From Kudoa neothunni (Eukaryota; Animalia; Cnidaria): 64,000 nucleotides of DNA. The DNA lies in assembly GCA_964304625.1 (NCBI GenBank), contig OZ199838.1, positions 12,901,843 through 12,965,842 on the forward strand. The letters run 5' to 3'. A program made the translations under genes and the position numbers. Below, piece after piece: positions 51,410 through 64,000 of this stretch. Each line of letters begins with the position of its first letter. The first letter of the stretch is position 1. Under the pieces are notes generated by a model that saw only the letters and a list, made by a program, of their open reading frames with translations, had not been told where the DNA came from and ran no database searches.

Positions 51410-54400
51410 TCAAATAATAACGTGTAATTCATTTACGTATGACTCTATCGAAGATTTCATTTCGCCAGACATTCTAATGAGCTTATTGTGAAGTTCGTTT
51501 AATTCATGCGAAACAATGTTTTTGTGTGCACTCAATCCTGAGAACGCCAATCGAACATGTTCAACTAACACATTCTTAAACCTAGAGATGAAACTTTCAT
51601 CCTTATTGTTTTTGTCAGCTTCATTCTCATCCAAGAACTCCTTTATAGTAAAGTTTGGTGATTTTATAAATTTTCAACCCGAATAATAAAATTTTGGGTA
51701 TAGATCTGTGTACTTTGCAATATTTTGCTACTCCTCCATTCACTGCACTATCGATCACGCCGTTCAAGCAAGAAGTTAGATTTTTAGTGAAATCGGGATT
51801 CTTTGCGTTGACTTGTGTGATAATATGACTTAGCGTTTCATTTTTGGAGGTAATATCTTCAATGGCATTTTCGATCGGAGAAATTTTTCTCACTGAAACA
51901 TCAACAATAGAGGACATACATAGAATTGAGGGAAAACTGAATTCGGTTGTATACATTATCTTTTCCGCCCAATTATTCTAAATAATTGGGGAAATAATAT
52001 TTTCATTTTTATATTATTTATATTTACAGATGCATCGTCGGGATTTATTATGGGTTTTATATGAAGAAACTGTTGAATGTTATTGTGTTGGTAGTAGCTA
52101 GCATAGGACAATTATATCACAACCAGGATGAAATAGATTAACAAAAATTACGTTCTTATGGTATCGCAAACATCAATATTATTCGCCATCACAGAGGTAG
52201 GAATTGGAGTAACGCCAGAAATCAAGATAACTTTATGGCAATATGGTTATTATACATTTGAATAATAACACAGGCTTACGATTGGAGTCTGTGATTTTGT
52301 CTTCAATGGGGCTGGCTGTGGAGGTTATGCGAGCGAACGGAAACATGGATTGCATTATTGCTATAATTTCGCCAAGTTTGGCATAATTTTTTCCGCAATA
52401 AATAAAACTATTGTTCTATCATTCCAACAATAAGAATTTAATACAACAGTTATATTTTAATCACGTTGAAAATTTCCCCAAAGCTACCACCGCTAAATCC
52501 CACGAAATAATAGTTGGGATAAGGTCTTATATTTTGAATAGCTTCTGATGTACATTCAGCATGTCTTTGATAGTAACTACTGGCCATTTCAAAGTCATAA
52601 AATATATTTTCGATAATGGGATGTAGTTTTGTATATATTTCCATCGCTTCCACTTCACGCTATAATGATACCATTGTAATGATTAAAACTTCGAAAAAGT
52701 CATAATTCCCAACATTTTCACCGTAAATTATATCTAGAGCTTTGTTGTAGAGGTCAAACTTGCGTTTCTTTTCTTTTTGCGTCAAAGGAAAGGCTTGGTT
52801 GGCTGACAGAAACTCATCGCTCCACTTGACATAAACTTAACATGCGAACTAACGTCCGGCCAAATACCTTCATGTTATCGGCCAGATCCAAGTAACAATG
52901 AGCTCCTTCAACCCTATTATTTTGCTGGATTTGATATTTTGCCATGGTTACCATTAAATAAGAATAGAGGATAGGTTCATTGATGATTTCTGGATCCTTC
53001 TAATCAGGAAATACAAAGATTAATGGATGTATTCTATTAGTTGCAAACCTTCAAGCCGTACAACGTAAAATCTCGATAGATTAAAGAAATTTTTCCACTC
53101 AATTCACATACCAGTCTATTAAGGAAATGAAAACGTTGAATTTGTTGAATACATAGGATAATAAAATGTTTTACAATATTGTTTTGAATTGAGACAAAAA
53201 AGTTTTTAAGTCTAAAAAACACATCCAAATTTGTATTTCCACGTGAATTGAGTTGATTTTCGATCGTAGTATGTAATTTGTTTAAATATTTCTCAATAAT
53301 AAATGTTGGAAAATTGTTGTTGACAGTTAAAGAATCAATAATAAAGTTTTTCAAGTATTCGTAGGGTAGAACGTTGTTTTGCCCGCAATATTCATACATA
53401 TATAGCAGAAAACTGGACAACACCTCACTAATGTTATTGTATGGGTCATCTAATTGTTTTAAAGTCTCGCTGATGGTGTAATCAAGAAGAACTAAGATAA
53501 AGTCGCTTTGAACGATGACATGAATTTTCCAATGATGGATAACAAAATTCAACAACTTTAAACGTATGTCTTCCACACTAATAAAACCAAGTTCAATTTA
53601 CAACTGGCAGCAGTAACCAAAATGTAATATGAAAAGTATTGTAGTTACTGCTGCAAAAATCTGATTCGATTGTGAGGGGTTAGAAGCTCAAAGCGTAGAG
53701 CGTCTGAACTCAGGTATTTTACCAGTAAATTATTTATAGTAACTGTCATCTAGATAATATAAATTTGTTTTAATAAATCAACACAAATTACTTCAGTTAT
53801 TTCCTCTGACGGTAAACATCCTAAAATTTAACAATGTTGGAACATATTTAAATAATGTTCTAAAGATAAGCACATTTATATAAGTTAATTGTAAAATGTG
53901 TACAGTTACTCAACAGTTATGGCGAAAACTTTAAAGTTTGGTTCGTTGAAGAACGACGAAGTTAATATATCATCACACAACCCCAAATATATTTGTACAA
54001 CCTCCTAGGCCAGATATATGCATCTATGTCTCAATTATTTGGTTTGAAAATACTTTGATTTTATCTTTAAACTTATTTTCGAGCACCTTTTCGAATTCCT
54101 CCACTGTAACATATCTTAAAATTGATATGAGACAATCAATGAAAAAATCCTAAACATTTCCAATTAAAATCTTCTAAGTTTGGTAATCATTGAGATATTC
54201 TTTATGAATATTACTGTGAAATCGTAATTGTCCCATCTAATAAGGTCGGTGTATATATTTATATTAGTGAGGATGCTTTCAAGAGCTAACTTCCTAATTT
54301 GTAAACTGGTATCACTGTCAGTCTATAAAAGAGTCTATAATTACAAAACTATTTATCAATGTTAAAATATACCGGAGAAATATAACCTTGTTCGCAATAT

Positions 54401-57400
54401 TGTATATATGTACACAAAATCATAATATGGACATCTCTGAAATTTTTATTGGGGAAATAGCGCAAAACATTTTCTAATGCCAACAATATAATCTTTTCGA
54501 TTGAGTCTAATAAAATATATTGTATACAACGAAAAAAAGTATAAGTTTGAATACCTTTGAATTGGGAACAGCAAAACGAAATAAAATCTGTGAAAAATGG
54601 TTTGATAAATGGATTAATCGCCGACACAGTTTGAGAGTCGGTGACATATTGATCATTGCAAACACTAATATTCCTGGAGTTGATAATTACATTAAAAAGG
54701 CAAACACTCATGTCATTAATGTCGTCAAGTGTGAATAGATTTGGGTTCTGTACGAATATGGGAGTAAACTTTTTCAAAGCTATTGCCTTAGTGGTCATTA
54801 ACAGAGGAGATGAAGAACAGAATAGTTGAGCTTACAATAGTGGGGAGTAAAGATTTTTTGCTGATATATGGGCATTCTTTTAATGCATAGAATAGTTTGA
54901 TCACACTTTTACGGACGTCAATCGAAGGCCTGTCTGGATCTGGAGGAGTATTCAGAACGATTTTATGGATTAGATAGATGAGTAAACTTGTTGACTAGAT
55001 ATTTAAACCAATAGGATTGTAAATTTCATATTATCATCGATACTTTGAATATCAGTTTGAATAATTCTAAATTTTGATCAGTAGCATTAGTTTCATTTAG
55101 TATGCGCTCGAGTTCGTCAAAAACGGCCCTAATTATATAAACCTATAAAGAGGGGTACAGATTTAAAATACTCGGGAAATTTTTGAGCGACCACATTATC
55201 ACATTTTAGTATAAATTGGTTGGCGTAGTCGGTATGGCTGGGGGAAGATAAAGATCCTAATACTTCCAACTAGAACCAAATAAATATTTCAACAATTCAA
55301 CATTAATACAATTATATTTAATGCGATTGTGTAGTCTATTGGATATTTTTCAGAAATTCCAATAATTTGAAATGTGAGCTCATCCATGTACTGTTGTTGT
55401 ATTGGAAATAAAATCAGTCCACGAGAAATGCATTAATTACTTTTATTTTCTCATAGGCGGGTAGTTGTAGTAAATTATTGATGATGCAATTATAGTCCAA
55501 ATCTGGATATCGATCACAATTTCTTATGAACAAAATATTTTCTTGATAAAGCAAAATCAACGATTGAATAAGAAATAAATATTTTTGATTCCGTGACAGC
55601 AACATACCGTTTGAAGTTATTTTAGCGGAAACAAGTTGAAGTTTCACTTTCAGATAACTATTGTCTAATGGAGGAGGTTCTAAATCACGGCCGCCACTTG
55701 CAAAGATGTAATTCATTTTGGTATAGGAATCGGGGCGATAATTGTTGGTTTCACTATCGTAAAGGAACAACTTGTAGATTCCGTCATCAGCAATACAACC
55801 ATCTGGACTGGACAGTCGTAACAAAGTAAAACAATCTAATTTCCATTGAGACTTTTCGTTGGCTATAATAATAAAATATGAATTTACTAGAAACCAATAT
55901 ATAATCGACACATATTTGTTATAGGAAAATAAAAAATCAAATACCGCGCTTGCTCAGGCAATAAACTACAAATCTCAAATGTAGATCTTTGTAATTGCTC
56001 TCTTTCAAGGAAATCTACAAAATTCTAATTAGTTGATATATTTACAATAATGATGTGAAAACTGTGGGGAATTGGCAACATTAATATAGTATTTTAATTA
56101 TAAATTACACGCTGTGTTGTTTAACACTTACATTCCTCATGCTCATGAAAAATTTTAATGTTTAATGAACAAGAAAAAAATTGGATCACCATAGCGCTTT
56201 ATTATGAATATTCCCCTCAAAGCAGTTTTAAATGTTATAGTAATTTTTATTTACTGAAAACAAATTACAAATAATTATTGTAAATTATAACGCTAGAATT
56301 CATATTCAAAAAATTGAAAAAGCAATATTTATGATTAATTTTTAGGCATATTTGAATTATGCTAAAATATAATTTACTATAGCTTAACAATATTCTTGTA
56401 TATATTTTAACAGTTATACCGTGATTAGTAATTCTCATGATGTAATAAATAATTAATGTCATTCTTAGTAACATCTTGAATTTCAAATATGTTTAGATAT
56501 GGAACAATTTTGAAAATGAGATAACATCAAAATTGATGCACATGCACAAAAAAATTTCCCGATTTAAGTATATTGATTATATTAAGTTGTTGTTTACGAA
56601 CCAGATACAAAATAAATTTTTAGGTCTTTTATAGATAGCACAAAATTTCTATGAGTTTATGATACATACGAGTCGAATTTTTACTTAATTTTCATTTTTC
56701 CAGTAATTTGTCGATAATGGCCAATAAAAATTATTTTAAGCAATTTAACGTTTTCAATCGTTATAGCAAACCATTTTTACGTGGTATTTATCTTTTTACC
56801 ACAGACAAAAAATTTGAGAATCGAAGAGTTACATAATTTTGTAATTTAATCCTTTATTCTTGTAAATGACTCGAAGGATTAATATGTTTTAAATTAGTTT
56901 TAGAAATATTTTAACGATAAATACACCAATTCGTAAGCAAACCCAAGAAGTTTCACGCTAATCCATTCTGTCTTTCTAAAATTTTGATTATCAATTTAAA
57001 CTATATTGTATTAATCTTATTGTCATTTTTTTAAATTGTGAAAAATTTACCCATATTTATAATAGAATGAAAATTTCAATCGGGAAATTCCCTAATTAAT
57101 TATAAGTTTTTATATTTTGTTGTATTAATTATTGCTAGTATTGTTCAAAATGTCATTGATTGATCACCAACCAATCAGTGGCATCTTCCGAATAAAAAAA
57201 TTCCTTACATACCCTGAATTGATAATCCAAGAACGGATTATTAGTATTCCTATAGATATCTGAGGTAATTGTATCACTAGGAGGTTCGTTATCCCCACAA
57301 CTCATAACCAGTGACTTAAAAAATCATTAAAAAAATCTACCAACTCTAATATACATTCAAACACATTCCATCATCGTAGATCGTATCCGCAACAATTTTA

Positions 57401-59777
57401 ATGGTATGCTTCGTTTGTTTCGTTTCTAAGTTTTATTAAATTTAATGTCTAATAAAAGTTTATGATTATTACTTCTATCAAGGAACAATTCCAAAAGATC
57501 TATATAGATGTCGCACCTTTGTTTTTTTGATTCTAAAATATTTAAATCGATATGAATCCGACGATAGATCTTTGGAATGTACCTAACAATTCATATGGTA
57601 TGTAACGAGGCTGTATTGAGAATAATGTATGGGTATTTATGTCAGGAAGAAGGCTTCCAACCTACAAAATTACAATAATCCCAAAATAAACTCCAGTTGA
57701 ATTGATTTACTTTGTGTTTTACATCATTGTTGACCATTAGATATAAATCAATTTCTTAACGATATTAATAAATTATTAACAATCTAGTATACTAAAAGAA
57801 TGTCCTCTCCCAATATTGCGTTTTAATTCTGACATAAGGTCGTTTTGAGTTTTATCATTAATTCTAGTTATAGTAGTTAATAGGGTAAAATCCATTTAGT
57901 TACGAATAGAATTCCATCTCATAATTGTTAATTTTGTCTACTGGTAGGTCATCACTATTTATAGTGAAATCTAAGGAGGATATATTTTCCATATATATGG
58001 CCATTTCAATTGTTTTACATCCTTCGTACATAAGATATGAACCAGCTGGTTGTTTATGCTTTTTACTATCTCCAGGGTCATTATAGTAAACTTTACCTAC
58101 CAATAGTAAATTTTTGTAAAAATCGGAAATTTTAAGCTCCTAAATGTATTAGTAAATCAAATAAAATTTTTCATTTGTTTATGAAGAGCGACCTTAAATA
58201 TAATTTCAGCAGGTTCAACTTTTTGTGTGACTGTTTTCGAAGACGATATAGTGGTAAATTCAACAAGCTCGGGAGTAACACGCCAAATATCGCTACAATG
58301 TTATTCTAACCCAGCTGTTCACAATCACGAATGTTACGTTATATATGGAAATTCCTTAGTGGTAGGATCATATAGTGAAAATTGCAGTTCATAATTTATC
58401 CAGTTGATAGTTTGATCTACAATCATGGAAATTTTAACAAAAAGATTTGTTATCTTTGGATCTGTATTTCTTATCTTTTCTTCAACATCAACATCTATCC
58501 ATAATTGCTTTCTTATCCCATTACGAAATCAATCTACTCCACCTACCTGATAGCATCTTAACGTAGGGAATTTTGTGAAATTGGCCTTGAAATTTTCGGT
58601 ACTATTATAAATTTTAATATTATACAATATTATTCAAAATATTAGTTTCTTTCCATATACTCGACTAAATAAGTCCGACGTATGCAAATAATTTGGTTTA
58701 AAATGCTTTCCTACCAGATGTAATCTTAAATCTTTGTTCATAAATCTAAATTGGGTTATATTCTTAATTTTAATGTTTTCTAATTGGTTATATACTTTCT
58801 TATAAAGTTCATTTTGTCAAATAAAGATTCAGCTCTTTCTTTACACACCTTTATCTGAAAAAATTATTTCTACATGTAAGCTTAATAACTCTACCTCAAG
58901 TTCTGAGTCGTTAAAATTTGAATAATCTATTAGGAATTCTTTTAATAAACCACTCAAAGTGTAATATTTGTAGAGATCATTTTTCTGTGAGCATGTCACC
59001 GTTCAGCGTTATTACAAATGTATTTCTACCTCCAAATAGTTACTAAGTTTATATATCCCGTATCTAATATCATCAAGAGCAAAGTGTTCAACTTGTTTCT
59101 TTAATAGTGGTATCATATCGCTAGTTTCAAACTACAATAATAGAAAAATGATTATTGACTTTAATAAAAATTATTAGAGGGTACGTCAAAGGGTGTTAAA
59201 GCTATTAGGTTATCAGTACTGAGGTAACCATATTGGACGCTATGTTTAAGATAGCCATAAACATTCTCATTATTTTTCCCAGCTTATAAGAGGGATAAAA
59301 TATTGACAGGTAATTGAATACGATTACTATCTTGAGGTTCATTTGTCATGAATTTATCCCCTGGCATTGCTTCCACTTCCACTTCCACTAATGACGACGA
59401 TGATAATGATAAGAGGTCAGTTGGAGGCCCCATAACCACCTTATTCTTTACTATTCAATCGATATATTATATAAAGGAGGTTTGTATTTTACCTAGATAG
59501 ACTGTTTTATCGTATCCATCTTTGTGAGTGTTCATTATGTAGGCGAATCGAGTTATCTTCGCTACCTGTTCTGCTCTAAGGTATCTCATTTTCACGAAGG
59601 ATCTAATTCATCGTTGCTCCCATTTCGCTATTATCTTGACTTCTTTCGTTTATTTTACGATGATACTAAGTTTATGTTATATATTTTTGGAAATTTTATG
59701 AGTCATATGAAAATTCGTTGGATACATTTTATTTGACACTCTACTGTAATTTACTAAATACACCTGCTTTCTGGCAT
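51410..59777 (-). CDS. DOCK-family (DOCK1-5 type) Rho-family GEF, many short exons
   Basis: DHR-2 motifs YPNYYFVGFSGGSF, FPSIL, ISPIENAIEDITSKNETL..LTSCLNGVIDSAVNGGVAKY..F, with the nucleotide-sensor region conserved. Helical middle region; C2/DHR-1-like exons near 55400-56300; degenerate SH3-like exons near 59180-59440. 5' end is approximate. Confidence 0.85.
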
Positions 59778-60162
59778 GTTGACCTTTTCAGTCAGAGCTT
59801 CTCTTCGTCAGATAGAAAATAATTTTTAAACTATTGAACCATCAAGATCCAATTATGAGGTAACATTTTCGTAAAATAAAATCTTCAACGTACAAACGGC
59901 CTATGTATAATAAACGTTATGTTGTGGCACCAATAATTTCGCTTTGGCTTAAATTTAATCCAAGTTACTTCAGTGAAGATTAACTCGAAAAATTTATACT
60001 TAATAGCGTATAATTCTTTTGATATTTCGTCATAAAATGGTATACAAATTTTCCAAACTATTACTTATTTTCATTGTTCAGAATAATTCATAATAACCAG
60101 GTATGGGATGATTAGTTGCATTTCACTCATAGAAAACCAACCAACTAATTTTTTAGTACATA

Positions 60163-62752
60163 CAGTCAACAACGGTTATTGCGTGGGTGGATATTGTTCA
60201 CTTTTTGTTGTGTCATTATTTATCGTTTTATAAGGTGCAGTTCTATCTTATAAGTCTTTTAAGCTATTGAATAAACATTTTGAATTATTTATTTAAGTAA
60301 ATTTTTTTATAGATGCTAGAAAATGGATATTGTGCACTAATTTTAATCATCATCAAATTTAACAATATCTCCAAATCAAAGTGTATAGTTATTATTTTGC
60401 TATTTTTATATTAATAAAAATTATCCATGGTAAATGCGGAAAAACGGGAATATTTTATAACTACAAATTTTATTCATGTGAATAAATTTATTAGTACATT
60501 GGTTTCATTACAGCATTGCGTATTGTTCTTTAACACTGAGTAGATTCATTGGTTTTAAACTATATCTATGGTCATTGTACATAAATAAAAAAATATAATA
60601 ATAGTAAAAAATTTTGTACGCTCTCGTAATTAGATTGTTCTAGGGTTAAGTCAATTCTATTTTATTGCATAAAATAGATAATGATAAAAATATAATATAA
60701 ATTTCTCCGTTAAGGCGGAGTTTTAATTGCTGATCAAATTTAAAAATTTTTAAAAACAATGTTGAAAGTATTTTTATTATATTTAATGTAAATAATGTAA
60801 CTACGACGTATGGCTAATGAGAATAATGTAGATAGCATTTAAATATTTTTTATAAAAAACTTTGGACTTAATTACTAAATAAGAATTGATTTCTTCTATA
60901 CATATATTCCCGAGGGCCAAATATCAGTGATCAAATTGATGATAAACCAAATATACATGATCCGTTAGAATCTTGGAGGAATCCGACCAACGACAACCAA
61001 TTATAACAAAATAATTAAATTTTACTTTCTTTCGATTTAATGAATCAATTAAAATCAATAATTATTGATTAATAATAAACTAAAATATCTATCTCTAAAA
61101 TTTGCGAGAAACGTATATAATGGTTCGGATGGATTAACTCATTCATTAAATATTATATGAAATATTAAAGTTATGTTATAAACAAATAATTGGCACGTAT
61201 AACATGTTTGAAAATAATCATACACTACATCAATCTCTAAACATTACTAAGTTTTGTTTTATGTCTGCGCAACCTAACGGTTATATGGATGTTTTTTCTG
61301 ATTCAACGAATCTCTACATATAAAAAGAAGAAAATTATTATAGGAGACGAAAGATTTGGTTATAATTGCACAAGGTCATGTAATTATGCTCTTCTGTAAA
61401 TAAATATTTTATTTTTTACTCCTAAAATCGATAATACTTTAATTTTATGCAACTTTTAATATAAATTTTATCTTTGAGAATAAGATTTTCAAAAATTAAT
61501 GAAATTATAGACAAATAAAGACTTTGTATTGTAAGTGGATTTGTTGATCATTACGTTGAAAATAGGTAATTTCGAAATAGTTAAATAATTATGTTAAATA
61601 TTTTTCAAATAATTTTATCGCACGTGTTTTATTTTTTGTTGTAAATGATGTATAAATTTGTATTATTATTATTATTATGTGGGAAACAACGGTTTAAAAA
61701 ATCCGATGGTAAATATCTTCCATTATTAATTAAATATCTTTTAAATTTAGCAAGAGAAACCCGCTAAAAAAATTTATAAACTAAAACAGCATTATTAATT
61801 ATTGAAAATTTTAATATTGTATTTAAAGTTGTTTTTAAATACCGAAAAATGCCTATAACTATAAATGATAAGTATTAAAAAACGAATAATATATTGGAAA
61901 AAAATTCATTTGTTGGATATAATTATCATGTTTTTTTCATCGAAATTAAAAATTAACATTTTAAAACCCCATTTTTACAAAAATATTTTATTACGTTTTT
62001 CAACTGTAATAATCTCATCGCATCATTGTTAAAAAATAAAAATTAATATATAAAGATAAACGATTATATCAGATGAAATCACAAATTTTAAAATTAAATT
62101 AAACGTAACATAACTTCATTCTAAATACTCGCGCACCTGTATATGTCGTGGTTCTTACGTGTATCTTTTGTTTTTGCTTACCCAACCAGACCTTGGTAAA
62201 TTCAAATCTCTTTATAAACGAATTCACAAAATTATACTTAAAGGAAAAATTTATCTATAATTAATTCGGAAGGGACAACTTTCTAAATTTACAAGACTAT
62301 CAAGCATAGCTTTAATCCCCAACTTTTAAAGTTTAACTAAATCCAACAAGGTGGTTGTATCATTATTAATCAGTTAGATCATGCAAAACATGTGAAATTA
62401 TAGAATATGGTTTTTATTCTTATAAGAACAATCCATTTATTTGAATGAAAATTCTCAATATGATGCAAATCACAATGAAAATGACCACCTCACGTAAGTA
62501 TTAAACGCGGAGAAACTGAAGAATGCTATCTCAGAAATACGCTGAACATTTTAACTTAGACCAAAATGGATTGAATGGCTTCTACTCAGTGATTATTGGG
62601 ATATCTAAAATTGTAAAATATACATAGAAATGTTTATTAGTTCGGTTAAAAGAAAATAATTGAGTTTTATTTTTCATGCGCACGCGATTAGATGAATATT
62701 GCGCACCTTTTTGCCAGTCCCCCTAAAACTGAGCAATAACCATTGTTGACTG
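60163..62752. mobile_element. Tc1/mariner-superfamily element, heavily decayed (2.6 kb)
   Basis: TIRs CAGTCAACAACGGTTATTGC and CAGTCAACAATGGTTATTGC (19/20 identical), with TA on both flanks. No intact ORF. Confidence 0.85.
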
Positions 62753-62875
62753 TACAGGATTAAAAATTCACATGTATCGAATTAATTCATAAAACAGTGA
62801 AATGAGGTCATCTAGAAATAGCTAAATTAACTAAGACGCTTTAAAGTTATATCAAAAAATTTTCTATAAAAGGTA

Positions 62876-63187
62876 CAGTAGGTTACCACTTTTATGAACT
62901 CTCTTGCGAATAGGGAAGTTCGTAAAACTACTTTATTTTAACCAGGGCGTAAACTTAAAATGAATTTTTTTTCGTCTGTTGTTACATAACTATTTCTTTA
63001 ATTACGCGAGATATTGGAAATTTTAATTTTATACAACGTTTTTGTTGGTTAAATAAACTTAAGGAAATGGCTATTGAAAGTAATATTCAGGTTAACTGTT
63101 TTGGCTATATTTAGTTACTTCTGGTCCACCGCTTCGATCTCAGGCCAGAAATAATTGAATATAGCAGTTTATGAAAAACTGATACTG
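62876..63187. mobile_element. Possible small pogo/Tc1-type MITE
   Basis: Left TA-CAGTAGGTTACCACTTTTATGAACT versus right reverse complement CAGTATCAGTTTTTCATAAACT, with flanking TA. Left end resembles the 24155 element. Confidence 0.4.
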
Positions 63188-64000
63188 TACGCAGCTTGTA
63201 CTTTATTTAACTCATAAAGCTGATTAAATATGAATATACACCTTTTTATTTTATTGTTGTCATTATTTAACATGTATGAAGTACCTATTTATAGGATCGC
63301 ATTTATAACATCTGGTTAAAAATACGTTGGCTAATAAAACCAATATTTCCGCCGTTAGAATTGCCTATATTCATTTGATAATTCATCTAAAAATTATTGT
63401 TAAAAATTCTCGTATAATTACTTCCTATTTATTAAAATTCGAATATGTACGCTAATTTATGGCACATTAAATTGCAGTCTAATAATAACTCTCGTACTTC
63501 ACAAGGGAAGGCTATTGTATTACATTATTATTTTATATTTATCAATGAATAATGTTCACCCAAAAAACTAATAAAATAATTAACCACGTGATTTCTCATT
63601 AGAGCTATTTCCTACCTTATTTTAATTCTGATCCCTTTTCAGGTCGTTGAATAATATAAAATTAAAATATTGCGACTACTCATTTAATATATATAAAAGT
63701 GGTTGTGCATAAAACATGTTACTTATTGTAAATAAAAATCTAATATTTTTCTGTCACTATAATTTAGTAATACCCAATTTTTGTTGGTGCGTTAATAGCA
63801 TTCACTATGAATAGAGTCGTTTTTCATTCATTAGCGATGACTATAAGCATACGACTAGGAAATTCTTGTTTTATATCTCTGGGGCTGACAGTGTTATTAT
63901 TGTACGCCAATTTGGTCAGGTTACTAAAACCAATAACTAAACAATTAATAATTCTCATCTAGAATTAAATTTACCAGTTGTTACGATAATCGACTTTTTG

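Noticed and set aside
1-64000. CRISPR array, rRNA, snRNA or prokaryotic operon
   Set aside because: No regularly spaced repeats or recognisable rRNA/snRNA motifs were seen; genes are spliceosomal and eukaryotic.

Overview
Very AT-rich eukaryotic (metazoan) genomic DNA. It holds compact genes with short GT-AG introns (those I measured are mostly about 40-65 nt), separated by intergenic blocks full of decayed and nested cut-and-paste DNA transposons. Host genes: an SLK/STK10-type STE20 kinase, a probably secreted five-domain Kunitz protein, a DOK-like PH+PTB adaptor, an FBP17/CIP4-type F-BAR-HR1-SH3 protein, a K50 PRD-class homeobox gene, a small orphan gene, a DOCK-A/B-type GEF, the 3' end of an SLC3/GH13-like gene plus a decayed paralog, and tRNA-Ser(GCT). 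Transposons: piggyBac, hAT, pogo/Tigger, Tc1/IS630-like and a long-TIR MULE-like element. Highly divergent metazoan proteins, small introns, AT richness and DNA-transposon load fit a reduced parasitic animal such as a myxozoan cnidarian; this is inference, not proven. Several conserved genes carry single-base indels in homopolymers, which suggests an imperfectly polished assembly. Most notable: the penta-Kunitz protein in which 4 of 5 domains lack the Cys2-Cys4 disulfide, a dense TCCCA motif cluster upstream of the homeobox gene, a shared three-palindrome layout in two different piggyBacs, and tiny stand-alone palindromes. No CRISPR array or rRNA was seen. All family assignments come from motif recognition by eye, not database searches.
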